From assembly GCA_037443065.1 (NCBI GenBank), contig JBBIPB010000001.1:1-54238 (forward strand): a DNA stretch of 54,238 bases. Direction: 5' to 3'. The notes beneath the pieces are model-generated. The model worked only from the letters and a program-made list of their open reading frames with translations. It was not told the DNA's origin and ran no database searches. The first letter of the stretch is position 1, and each line of letters starts with the position of its first letter. Shown piece after piece: positions 41,868 through 52,691 of this stretch. A program made the position numbers and the translations under genes. The DNA comes from Acidobacteriota bacterium (GTDB lineage Bacteria > Acidobacteriota > Thermoanaerobaculia > UBA5066).

Positions 41868-43172
41868 ATGGTCTTCTTCAACTACGCCACGATGCAGATG
41901 GCCGCGAAGATCGTCTATTACGGACCCGGTCTGTGCGGGAAGACCACGAACCTCCACTACATCTACGGGCGTACGGCGCCCGGCTCCCGGGGCGAGATGG
42001 TCTCCCTCGAGACCGAGACGGACCGGACCCTCTTCTTTGATCTCCTGCCACTCGACGTCGGCATCATCAGCGGGTTCAAGACGCGCCTGCAACTGTACAC
42101 CGTGCCCGGACAGGTCTTCTACAACACGACCCGGAAGCTCGTCCTCAAGGGCGTGGACGGGATCGTCTTCGTCGCCGACTCCCAGCGGCCGATGTCCGAG
42201 CCGAATCGCGGGAGCATGCGAAACCTCCGCGAGAACCTCGCCGAGATCGGCGTGGCGCTCGACGGCGTCCCGCTCGTCCTCCAGTACAACAAGCGGGACC
42301 TCGCCAACATCCTGACCGTCGAGGAGCTGAACGACCTCCTCAACGGAGATCGCGCCTTCGAGTGGTACGAGGCGTCGGCCACGAACGGGCCGGGCGTCTT
42401 CGAGACGCTCAAGGGGATCTCGAAGCTGACGCTCCGGTCGCTGAAGTCGAAGATGACGTTCGAGGGGAAGAAAGGCTTCTCGGGAGCGGGAATTCCGGCA
42501 CTCGCGACACCGGTCCCGGCCTCGGCCCCCGCGGCTCACGCCCCCGTCGGCGCGCCGGCCCCCGAACGCCGGCCGGAGGTTTCGGACTCGACGCTCCGGC
42601 GCCTCGAGCGTTTCCACGAGTTCCAGAGAGCCCACGAGGGCTCGGCTCCGAGCCTCGCAGAAGCCTTGCCGGAGCCTCCCGGACCGGCTTCGACTCCGTT
42701 CGTCGAGGCCATCAAGCCCCCCACGCCCCGGCCTGGCGAGGAGACCGCGACCGATGTCCGGTTCGCCGAGGTGAAGACCTCCGGGCCGCCGCCGGCCGAG
42801 GCCGCCGTTCGTCATGTGAGGGTCCGCTCCAGCGTCGACATCCTCTCGGAGCTGGAGAAGCTCCGAAAGCTCTCGACGCAGAAGACGCCGCTGCCGGAGT
42901 CCGAGCCGCGCCCCCGCAGCTCCGCATCGCTGAGCCTCGACGACATCCTCTTCGGGACGCGTAACCATCGAAAGGACGTCGCCCAGTCGTTCGAGGTGAC
43001 GCTGCCGCGGGAGGAGCTCGGGCGAAGCCGCCACGCGACCGTCACGCTCCGCTTCCAGGACGAATCCGGTAGCAATCTCGGCTCCGAGACGATGGTCTCC
43101 GTCGATTTCTCGAGTCTGCGCGACGTCCAGAAGCTCCTCCTGGCGCTCAAGTTCAACGTCCAGGGGAAGTGA
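41868..43172 (+). CDS. MglA-like Ras-superfamily GTPase with a C-terminal extension of about 240 aa
   Basis: Residues 1-195 align by eye with Myxococcus MglA (KIVYYGPGLCGKTTN, ETETDRTLFFDLLP, LYTVPGQVFY, LQYNKRDL). Residues about 196-434 are a Pro/Ala-rich linker plus a final region of about 90 aa that I cannot assign. Confidence 0.8.
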   Translation: MVFFNYATMQMAAKIVYYGPGLCGKTTNLHYIYGRTAPGSRGEMVSLETETDRTLFFDLLPLDVGIISGFKTRLQLYTVPGQVFYNTTRKLVLKGVDGIVFVADSQRPMSEPNRGSMRNLRENLAEIGVALDGVPLVLQYNKRDLANILTVEELNDLLNGDRAFEWYEASATNGPGVFETLKGISKLTLRSLKSKMTFEGKKGFSGAGIPALATPVPASAPAAHAPVGAPAPERRPEVSDSTLRRLERFHEFQRAHEGSAPSLAEALPEPPGPASTPFVEAIKPPTPRPGEETATDVRFAEVKTSGPPPAEAAVRHVRVRSSVDILSELEKLRKLSTQKTPLPESEPRPRSSASLSLDDILFGTRNHRKDVAQSFEVTLPREELGRSRHATVTLRFQDESGSNLGSETMVSVDFSSLRDVQKLLLALKFNVQGK

Positions 43173-43239
43173 GTCAGACCGGCCGGCCGCCGGATTTTTC
43201 TTGACCGAACGGCCTCCTCCCTTTCTCATAGGTGATGGC

Positions 43240-45051
43240 ATGAGGGTGAACGGCTCCAGTGGGGTCCTTTGTCTGCTGCTGGCCACCGCGGCCTCTATCG
43301 GCTGCTCGTCTGCCCCGGCTCCGCAGGCGGCCGCCCCGCCTCCGGCCGCTCCGGCGCCCGCCGCACCCGCCCCTCCGTCTGCCCGCGACACCGCTTCGGA
43401 GGAGTTCCGGAAGGGAAAGACCCTCGCTCTCGCCGGTGACGCGGACTGCGCCCGTCTCGAGTTCCAGAAAGCCCTCGAGGCGTTCCGGGCCGGCGCACGG
43501 CCTGACGATCCGGACGACGCCGCCTTCGCCGAGCAGCTCTGGCAGGGAGTTCTCTTCTACGACAGCCTCTCCGATTCTCAGCAGTCCGAACGGCCGCCCG
43601 TCGAGGACTCCCGCGACACGCTCCTCGCGACCGAGAACGCTCCAGCCCCGACGGAAGCCCAGGTGGAGAAAGCCAAGCACGAAGTGACCACCGCCGGCAC
43701 GCGGACGACGTTCGACATTCCGGTGGTCGTCAACGACGCCGTGCTTCGGGCGGTCGCCTTCTACCAGTTCCGCTCGCCCACGGCGTTCGCCGGCGCTCTG
43801 AAGCGGAGCGGGCGCTATCTCCCGATGATGCGGGCGGTCTTCCGGGAGGAAGGGCTCCCGGAGGACCTCGTCTACATGTCGATGATCGAGTCGGCGTTCA
43901 AGCCGAACGCCCACTCGCGCTCCCGGGCCCACGGGTTCTGGCAGTTCATCGACGGGACGGCCCGACGCTACGGCCTCCGAAAGACGACGTACCTCGACGA
44001 GCGGAGCGACCCCGAGAAGTCGACGCGCGCGGCGGCGCACTATCTCCGGGACCTCTACGAGATGTTCGGCGACTGGAACCTCGCCATGGCAGCCTACGAC
44101 GCGGGAGAAGGAAAGATCCTGAAGGGCCTCCAACGTCTCGCCGCGACCGATTTCTGGCAGCTCTCCTCCGGCTCCTACCTCCGGCGCGAGACACGGGAGT
44201 ACGTCCCGTTCGTCCTCGCCGCCGCTCTCATCTCGAAGGACCCGGCGAACTACGGCTTCGACGTCGTCCCCGATTCTCCGCTTCGCTTCGAGGTCGTCCC
44301 GGTCCCCCGCTCCGTCGACCTCGCCCGCGTCGGCGAGTCCATCGGCGCGCCCCTCTCCGACCTCCAGCTCCTCAACAGCGAGCTGAAGTCCCGCGTCACG
44401 CCGCCGGGCGTCGCGCCCTATCCGCTCCGCGTTCCCGAAGGGAGCGCGGCGCTCCTCGCGACCCGCCTCGCCTCACTTCCGCCGGCCCCCGCGGCCCACG
44501 AGCGGAAGACCCGGGCGAAGAAGGGCGACACCGTCGCGAAGGTCGCGTCCCGCTTCGGCGTAAGCGTCGAGGAGCTCTGCAGCGCGAACGATCTCCCCCG
44601 GAAGGCCCGCCTCCGAAAGGGCCAGGTGCTCGTCGTTCCACCCCACCTTCGGGCCTCGAAGAAGGCGGCGGTGCGGACGGGCGTCGTCGCGTCCGCGACC
44701 TCGCGGACCGAGGGCGAGATTCGCGCGCTTCCGACGCCGGCGGCCGCGGTCACCCGGGCCGATGAAGTGCCGCCCTTCCGGGCTGTGTCGGGTCCGGCCG
44801 CCGACCCGGCCCTCGCGCCCCGCGTCGACATCCCCGCGAGCGGGTTCACGACGCTCCCCGCGGCCCGCTCCACCGCCTCGACGAAGACGATCCGCTACAC
44901 GGTCCGGCCGGGGGACACGCTCTACAGGATCGCCGCGAAACACGGCCTCACGATCGACCAGATCCGTCGCGAGAACGGCATCGGCGCGGCCAAGGCGCTC
45001 CGTGCGGGGAGCCGCCTGACCCTCACCCTTCCGCTCGCGATCGTCCGCTAG
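43240..45051 (+). CDS. MltD-like lytic transglycosylase lipoprotein with LysM domains
   Basis: The ATG at 43240 gives a lipobox (ATAASIGCSS). It has an SLT core (MSMIESAFKPNAHSRSRAHGFWQF, AAYDAGEG) and two LysM repeats (KKGDTVAKVASRFGVSVEEL; YTVRPGDTLYRIAAKHGLTIDQI). Confidence 0.8.
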   Translation: MRVNGSSGVLCLLLATAASIGCSSAPAPQAAAPPPAAPAPAAPAPPSARDTASEEFRKGKTLALAGDADCARLEFQKALEAFRAGARPDDPDDAAFAEQLWQGVLFYDSLSDSQQSERPPVEDSRDTLLATENAPAPTEAQVEKAKHEVTTAGTRTTFDIPVVVNDAVLRAVAFYQFRSPTAFAGALKRSGRYLPMMRAVFREEGLPEDLVYMSMIESAFKPNAHSRSRAHGFWQFIDGTARRYGLRKTTYLDERSDPEKSTRAAAHYLRDLYEMFGDWNLAMAAYDAGEGKILKGLQRLAATDFWQLSSGSYLRRETREYVPFVLAAALISKDPANYGFDVVPDSPLRFEVVPVPRSVDLARVGESIGAPLSDLQLLNSELKSRVTPPGVAPYPLRVPEGSAALLATRLASLPPAPAAHERKTRAKKGDTVAKVASRFGVSVEELCSANDLPRKARLRKGQVLVVPPHLRASKKAAVRTGVVASATSRTEGEIRALPTPAAAVTRADEVPPFRAVSGPAADPALAPRVDIPASGFTTLPAARSTASTKTIRYTVRPGDTLYRIAAKHGLTIDQIRRENGIGAAKALRAGSRLTLTLPLAIVR

Positions 45052-45061
45052 GACGAATGGG

Positions 45062-46597
<1,536 letters not shown>

Positions 46598-47804
46598 ACG
46601 GACCCGAGATCCGCGGCGAAGGCTTCGGCCGAAAAGCGCCGGCGGAAGGTCTCGCGCGCACGCTCGCCGAGCCGGGCGCGGAGGGGGACGTCGCCGAGCA
46701 ATTTCTCGAGCGCGTCTGCCAGCGCCGCGTCGTCGCCGGGGGGGACGAGCCAGGCGCTCTCGCCGTGGACGACGTCCTCCGGAATCCCGTCGCACCCCGA
46801 CGCGACGGATGGGAGTCCCGCCTGAAGCGCTTCGAGCAGGGCGAGCGACCCGCTCTGCTCGCGCCGCGACGGGAGGACGAAGACGTTTGCCCGGGCGAGA
46901 AGACCGGCCACCGATGGAATCGTCCCGGAGACGAGGACGGACGCCGAGACCCCGAGCCGCTCGGCCAGCAGACGGTGCTCCTCCAGAAGCTCGCCGTCGC
47001 CGGCGAGATAGGCCCGGAACGGGACACTTCGGCCGCGAAGGAGGGCGAGCGCGCGGAGGAGCACGTCCACGCCCTTTCGGGGCTGATGGCGGGACACGAC
47101 CGCGATGAGAGGGGCGTCCGCAGGCTCGAGCCGGTCGAGGCCGGGCGGAGGAGGATCGCCGGGCGAGAGGTCCGCGTTGAACGCCGAGCAGGGAGCGTAG
47201 AGCGTGCGGCGGGTCCGGACCTGGCTTCCGTGCGCGGCCTCGATCAGACGCCGGGTCGATTCGTAGTTGAAGAGGACGACGCGCGCTCCCCGGTAGGCCG
47301 GTCTCTCGAAGGGGATGATCGCGAGCCGGCGCGTGAAGTGGCGGGCGCGATAGACGAAGCGCGTCGCGTGACCGTACGTCGATCCGACGCCGGCGACCTG
47401 CGAACGGGCCTCGGCCGCGTACGTCGTGTACGACGAGACGACGGAGACCGCGGGCCTTCCCTCCCCGGAGAGTCGCTCGGCCGCCCGGACAGCAACCCAG
47501 GACCAGACCCCGAAGCCGTGGATCAGGTGCGGCGGCGGAAGCGACCGCGCGGTCCGCGTCAGCGCGTGCACGAGAAGCGGGCCGTGAAGGGCGATGAGCT
47601 GCTGTCGATAGGGGCGTGCGAGGGCGCGGACGCGGTGAAACCGGCCGAAACCGGTTTCCTCCTCCAGTGCCGTCGCCCCGACGCAAAAGAGATGCGGCTC
47701 GAATCCGGCCCGGCGCGCCGCGAGCGCGTGGGCGACGACGTAGCTGGAATGACCGCCGGAGATCTCGTCCCGCGGGTCCCGTCCGGCGACCATCAGGACC
47801 GGCT

Positions 47805-49031
47805 TCACGAGGCGCGTGCCGTCCGGATCGCCTGCGCCACCCGGTCGACGTCAGACTCGGTCAGCCAGGGGCTCGTCGGCAGGTAGAGACCCCGGGCGCA
47901 GAGATCTTCCGCGACGGGGTAGCGCTCGGCGAGGTGGCGGTCCCGGTAGACCGGCTGGAGGTGGATCGGGACGAAGAAGCTCCTCGTCTCGATTCCCGCC
48001 GCGGCGAGGCGCGCCCGGAGCGCATCGCGCGAGATGCCGAACCGACCGTCCACGAGGATCCCGAACATCCAGAAGACGCTCTTGACGCCCGGTCTCTCCG
48101 GGGGCACCGACACGCCTGGAACCTCCACGAGGCGCTCCCGGTACCAAACCGCGACGCGGCGCCGGGCCTCGACGAGGGATTCCATCCGCTCCGTCTGCGC
48201 GAGGCCCACGGCGGCCTGGAGGTTCGTCATCCGGTAGTTGAAGCCGACGAAAGTGTGCCAGAAGTGGCGGTCGGGCGAGAAGGCGTGGTCCCGCAGGCGG
48301 CGCGCCGTCCGCGCGATCGCCTCGTCGTTCGTCGTGACCATTCCTCCCTCGCCGGTCGTCACGATCTTGTTTCCATAGAACGAGAACGCCGCAGCCTCCC
48401 CGAGGGAGCCGACGCGTCGCTCCTTCCATGCGGCTCCGTGCGCCTCGGCGGCATCCTCGAGAAGGAACAGCCCATTCTCCTCCGCGATCCGTCCGAGTGC
48501 GTCCGCATCGGCCGGGTGGCCGTAGGTGTGGACGGCGACGATCCCTTTCGTCCGGGAGGTGACGCGGGCGGCCGCGGCTTCCGGGTCTATGTTCCAGGTC
48601 TCGGGCTCGGCATCCGCGAGAACGGGCGTCGCCCCCGTGTACCGGATGGCGTTCGGCGTCGCGATCATCGTGAAGGCCGGAATGATTACTTCGTCCCCGG
48701 GTCCGACGCCGAGGGCCGCGAGGGCGAGGTGAAGAGCCGCCGTCCCGCTCGAGCAGGCAATCCCGTGGCGGCAGCCGGTCGCCTCCGCAAACGCGTCCTC
48801 GAAGCGCCGGACGAAAGGGCCCGCTGACGAGACCCAGTTCGTCCGGATGCACTCGTCGAGGTACTCCTTCTCGCGTCCGTCGAGACGCGTCTCGGACACC
48901 GGCAGGATCCTGCTTCCGTCGGTGGGCTGGACGAGACCGGGCTCCGGTCCCGGGAGGATGCCGCGGAGAGCACCGAGATCCGCCTCGCCGGACGCGGCGC
49001 CGACCGGGACCGACCAGCGCCTTTGCGTCAC
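47805..49031 (-). CDS. DegT/DnrJ/EryC1/StrS-family PLP-dependent sugar aminotransferase
   Basis: EYLDECIRTNWVSSAGPFV, ACSSGTAALHLAL and SFYGNKIVTTGEGG (PLP lysine). I chose GTG 49031 as the start (GTGA overlap). The remaining about 540 upstream codons of listed ORF 47805..50648 are off-frame junk. Confidence 0.85.
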   Translation of the reverse strand: MTQRRWSVPVGAASGEADLGALRGILPGPEPGLVQPTDGSRILPVSETRLDGREKEYLDECIRTNWVSSAGPFVRRFEDAFAEATGCRHGIACSSGTAALHLALAALGVGPGDEVIIPAFTMIATPNAIRYTGATPVLADAEPETWNIDPEAAAARVTSRTKGIVAVHTYGHPADADALGRIAEENGLFLLEDAAEAHGAAWKERRVGSLGEAAAFSFYGNKIVTTGEGGMVTTNDEAIARTARRLRDHAFSPDRHFWHTFVGFNYRMTNLQAAVGLAQTERMESLVEARRRVAVWYRERLVEVPGVSVPPERPGVKSVFWMFGILVDGRFGISRDALRARLAAAGIETRSFFVPIHLQPVYRDRHLAERYPVAEDLCARGLYLPTSPWLTESDVDRVAQAIRTARAS

Positions 49032-50533
49032 GACCTCGCCTCCGCCGGAACGGACGCCGCGAGCGGTTCCGCGATTCGCCGCGTCAGCGCCTCGCTCCGG
49101 GCGACCAGTGTCACCGTGCGCGGACTTCCGTCGGAAGGAAAAGTGTCGGCATAGATCCTCTCGAGCGGGCCCCGAAAAGAGGGGTCGAGCCATCCGATCG
49201 CCGCTTTCCAGTATCCCGGACTCATCTGGACCGTCTCGTGAAGCGTGCGCCGGCGGAGGCGTTGGAAGGCATACGCCGCGAGTGCCCGTGCCCGGAGAGA
49301 GTGCTCTCGGGACGGTCCGCGCCCGAGCGCCTCCACGAGTCTCCGGAAGCGGATCTGCCGAAGGGAGCGGACGGTGAACTCGTCGTGCGCCCGGCCGACG
49401 AGCTGCCCGGGGTGAGGAGCGCGGCCGCTCGTGCCGATCCGCCGGGGCGCAAAGCCCCTCTGCGCGAGGAGAATCCGGACGAGGTCGAAACCGGCCCGGC
49501 CGGGGTCGCCCCCGGACGCGAGGATGCCGAGGGCGGCGATCCGGCACTTCGAACAGCGGTTGCACGCCGCTTCGCCGAGACTCACCCGCCAGCACGAATA
49601 CTGAAGATCCGAAAGCTGCGGGTACCGCCGGACGAGAAGCTCCTGGACGAGCGCACCGGGGAGGGGCCACGTCAGCGATCCGAGGGAGAGGCCCCACCGC
49701 GAGAAGAGCGCCGAGAGGGCGCGCTGGGTCGACGCCGCGTACATCAGATGGGGGTGCTGAACGGTGACGCCGTCCCAAAGGACGCTCTCCTGCACGTCCG
49801 CCTCGGACGCCAGGAACAAGCGGGTCGCTCCGAGAGCCCAGCCGGCCAGAAGAAGCGCCGCGCCGTAGACGTGCGTGTCGCTCAGCTCGTTCACGGCGAC
49901 CGGATAGCCGGAGCGCTCGGCGAAGCGGTTCTCGATGGAAAGGCGGGCGTCCGACGCCACTTCGACGAGGTCCACCGGAAGGCGCCGGCGGGTTTCGGCG
50001 ACGACGAACCGCCGGCGCGGGGTCAGGTGGTCGACGAGCGGCGGCAGCCCCGACGAGCAGGCCACGAGGAGCGGGCGCTCGGACAGCTCCGCGAGGAGAC
50101 CGGCCTGGACGAGGCTGTCCCTTCCGCCGCTGAACGCTCCCGCGCAGCGCCCCCCGGACCGCTCCGGGACGGGAGACAGGGAACTTCCCTTCTCGAGGAT
50201 CCGGACGGCGTGACTCCCCACGCCCGTCCCCCGGAGGGCATCGAGGGTTTCCGCTTCGACGTCCGAGACCCGCCCCCAGAACTCCGCTTCGCCCGGGCCG
50301 AGAACCGCCGGAAGCGTCACCTCGAGGGGCGAAAGAAGCGGAAAATGGGCGTGGACGCACAGGAGGAAGGCCGTCAGGAGGAGCGCGTCCGGCAGCGTCG
50401 TCACGTCGATCTCGGAGGGGAACCTCATCGTGAAGCCATTCGTCCGGTAGAGCGACGAACGGGGGGACGGCGTCCAGCGGAAGACGACCTTCCCTGCCGT
50501 GGCCCAGGGCGGATGAAGCTCGAGACGATTCAC
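49028..50533 (-). CDS. PP-loop ATP-pyrophosphatase-superfamily protein with QueC-like architecture, function unknown
   Basis: The start GTG 50533 overlaps the upstream stop (GTGA), giving 501 aa. SGGRDS lies at aa 135-140 (nt 50114-50131). C314-x9-C324-x2-C327-x2-C330 lies at nt 49544-49594. I could not assign the flanking N-terminal region (about 125 aa) or C-terminal region (about 170 aa). Confidence 0.6.
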   Translation of the reverse strand: MNRLELHPPWATAGKVVFRWTPSPRSSLYRTNGFTMRFPSEIDVTTLPDALLLTAFLLCVHAHFPLLSPLEVTLPAVLGPGEAEFWGRVSDVEAETLDALRGTGVGSHAVRILEKGSSLSPVPERSGGRCAGAFSGGRDSLVQAGLLAELSERPLLVACSSGLPPLVDHLTPRRRFVVAETRRRLPVDLVEVASDARLSIENRFAERSGYPVAVNELSDTHVYGAALLLAGWALGATRLFLASEADVQESVLWDGVTVQHPHLMYAASTQRALSALFSRWGLSLGSLTWPLPGALVQELLVRRYPQLSDLQYSCWRVSLGEAACNRCSKCRIAALGILASGGDPGRAGFDLVRILLAQRGFAPRRIGTSGRAPHPGQLVGRAHDEFTVRSLRQIRFRRLVEALGRGPSREHSLRARALAAYAFQRLRRRTLHETVQMSPGYWKAAIGWLDPSFRGPLERIYADTFPSDGSPRTVTLVARSEALTRRIAEPLAASVPAEARS

Positions 50534-52617
50534 GCCTCTCCCAGGCCCGCGGCGCGCGCGACGACCCGCCGCAGACGGCCGGGAATCTCCCGGACGTGCC
50601 AGCGGCGGACGGCGGGCCGCGGATGCGACTCGGAGTCGTGCCGCGCACGCACCTCTCGCTTCAGGAGGTCGGCATGCCCCTCCGACCGGCGCCAGGCCTC
50701 GAGAAACCAGGCGCTCCCCGAGTCCGAAAGGGCGGAGAGAAGGTCCGAGGCCAGAGATACGTCCAGGGTCCCGTCCGGACGGCGCAGCTCGGGCAACCAG
50801 CCGAAGACGGCGTCGAGAACGTAGCCGTGCCGGACGCGGAAGCGCGCGATGGCTTCGAGGTACGGGATCAGCCGGGCGATCTCGGCGCCCCCGTCTCCCC
50901 GCCGGTCCTTCCGCTCGTGACGGTGAATCGCGACCACCCCGGGCACCCGCCGGAATGCGCCGGGCCTCGATCGCGCCACCCGAAAGCTCCACTCGTTGTC
51001 CTCGTAGTACGCCTTCATCCCCGCGTCGATCGGGAACTCGAGGAGGCCGGAGAGCCGGACCAGCGCGGCCGTTCCCGGAATCCACCCGGTAGGAGCCGGG
51101 CCGCCGAGGGCCGGATCCTCCGGAGCGAGACCCTCACCGAACGGAAGGAACGAGATCGAGCCGCCGCGGACCATGACCTCACCGCCGCAGTGCTGGACTC
51201 TTCCGTCCGGAAGGACGACGGCGGGTGTCGCGGCCAGGGCCACCGGATGAGCGTCCAGCTCCGCGACGAGGCGCTCGAGGGTTCCGGGTCGAACCTCGGC
51301 GTCGTCGTCGAGAAAGAAGACGAACTCGGTGGCGACGGCGCCGGCCGCGAGCGCACGCCCCCCGGCGCAGCCGAGGTTCTCCGAGAGCGGAAGGGAGTCG
51401 ACCATCGGCTCGGGGCCGGCAAACGCATCGAGTTCGCGCTCGACCTCCGGAGGCGAGCCGTTCGAGACGAGAAGGACACGACACGGGAGGCCGGCGTTTT
51501 CGAGGACAGAGGCCGCGGCGGCGCGCGCGAGCGCCGGCCGGTTCGTCGTGAGGATGATCGCCGTTACGCGCGGCTCCGGAGCAGCCAGGACCGCTCTTGG
51601 TGTCTCCCTGCGGTCGGCCACCGCCGGGACCGCCTGGAGGAGGGACCCCCCGGACTCCGCCGCAGGCGTTCCGTCTGACATCGATCCGGGGAGGAAGTCG
51701 TCCCTCACGACCGGATACCCGTCCAGCGAGTACGCGGCGATGGCTGGAAGCTTGAAATAGGACGAGGAACGGTAGCGGACGCGCTTTCCAAGGAGGGCGG
51801 CCGCGATCATGACGTGCGCGCGGTCGGTTCGGACTTCGGCATGGCGCGCGATCGTCCAGAGCCACTCGTCCAGCGAGGAACAGACGCTCGAGATGTCGCG
51901 ATTCTCCGGCGGAAGAGGGAACGCGTCCGTGGCCTCCCGATCGGTCCGGAACGCATGAAGGACACCACTTCCCCCCCTCCGGTACGGAAAGAAGTCGAAA
52001 AAGAACGCCGGGTCGTCCGCCAGCCGCGCGTCGCAGAGGTCCCGGATCCTCCGGAGCGATTCCTCTTCTCGCGCGAAGACCACGGCCCGCGTGCGCGACA
52101 ATGCACTCCGCACCTCGGGTACGGAAGGATCGAACGACGACGGGAAGATCACGACGCGGGCGAAGCGCCCCTCGAGACTCCCGAGGAGCGGCGGGAGCAG
52201 ATCGTGGTAAGGCTTCGACCACGCCCCGCCTCCGGAGAGTACGGCGACTTCCCCACGGGAGCCGAGTGCTTCGGACGGCGCCGCTTCCCGGCGCAGGCGG
52301 TCCGCGAGGAGCCGGCGCGTTCCGGCCCAGATCAGCTCGTCGCCGAGGTTTCCGGCGCTGCGGACGAAGGTGACGTCGCGCGAGTCACCGAGCGCCGAGA
52401 GAAGTACGTCACGACTTCGGGCGAGGCGCGGAGCCTCCCCCTCGACGGAGCCATCGGGACCGGCCCCTGCACCCTTTCCCCGGCCCGGAAGCATGGATTG
52501 CGGATCATAAGTCAGGCCACCGGGCAAGGGGTCGTGTCCGCCGACGAACGGACTCCCCCTGATGCACCTGCCTGGCGCGGCCCTTTTCTCTTGACTCGAT
52601 CCGGAGGGCGAATACAC
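50530..52617 (-). CDS. Fusion protein: polysaccharide pyruvyl transferase-like domain + family 2 glycosyltransferase
   Basis: The N-terminal half has FVRSAGNLGDELIW, a PS_pyruv_trans-type motif. The C-terminal half has VTAIILTTNRP...FFLDDDAEV (GT2 DxD). The start is uncertain: the listed start at 52617 is GTG, and ATG 52494 (MLPGRGKG...) would leave a more plausible divergent spacer of about 197 nt. Confidence 0.7.
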   Translation of the reverse strand: MYSPSGSSQEKRAAPGRCIRGSPFVGGHDPLPGGLTYDPQSMLPGRGKGAGAGPDGSVEGEAPRLARSRDVLLSALGDSRDVTFVRSAGNLGDELIWAGTRRLLADRLRREAAPSEALGSRGEVAVLSGGGAWSKPYHDLLPPLLGSLEGRFARVVIFPSSFDPSVPEVRSALSRTRAVVFAREEESLRRIRDLCDARLADDPAFFFDFFPYRRGGSGVLHAFRTDREATDAFPLPPENRDISSVCSSLDEWLWTIARHAEVRTDRAHVMIAAALLGKRVRYRSSSYFKLPAIAAYSLDGYPVVRDDFLPGSMSDGTPAAESGGSLLQAVPAVADRRETPRAVLAAPEPRVTAIILTTNRPALARAAAASVLENAGLPCRVLLVSNGSPPEVERELDAFAGPEPMVDSLPLSENLGCAGGRALAAGAVATEFVFFLDDDAEVRPGTLERLVAELDAHPVALAATPAVVLPDGRVQHCGGEVMVRGGSISFLPFGEGLAPEDPALGGPAPTGWIPGTAALVRLSGLLEFPIDAGMKAYYEDNEWSFRVARSRPGAFRRVPGVVAIHRHERKDRRGDGGAEIARLIPYLEAIARFRVRHGYVLDAVFGWLPELRRPDGTLDVSLASDLLSALSDSGSAWFLEAWRRSEGHADLLKREVRARHDSESHPRPAVRRWHVREIPGRLRRVVARAAGLGEA

Positions 52618-52618
52618 T
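52591..52618 (+). promoter_or_regulatory. Candidate sigma70-type promoter (TTGACT-16 nt-TACACT) for the M23 peptidase gene
   Basis: TTGACT lies at 52591-52596 and TACACT at 52613-52618, in a lower-GC stretch about 75 nt upstream of ATG 52692. This is a pattern match only. Confidence 0.3.
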
Positions 52619-52691
52619 CCCCTCGTAGATCAGGGATTCCCCGGGTAAAGGGCAAGGTCTGTTCGCACGGGCGGAAGCTGAATTCAAAACC

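Noticed and set aside
49028-51085. The N-terminal 184 codons of listed ORF 49028..51085(-) (MDSGNGRAGPALRPP...).
   Set aside because: This part overlaps the end of the upstream pyruvyltransferase-GT2 gene in another frame and is Arg/Pro-rich junk. The GTG at 50533 with a GTGA overlap is the sensible start.
52620-52691. Possible c-di-AMP (ydaO-type) or other riboswitch ahead of the M23 peptidase gene.
   Set aside because: The leader is only about 70 nt, far shorter than that riboswitch class. I could not find the paired conserved segments.
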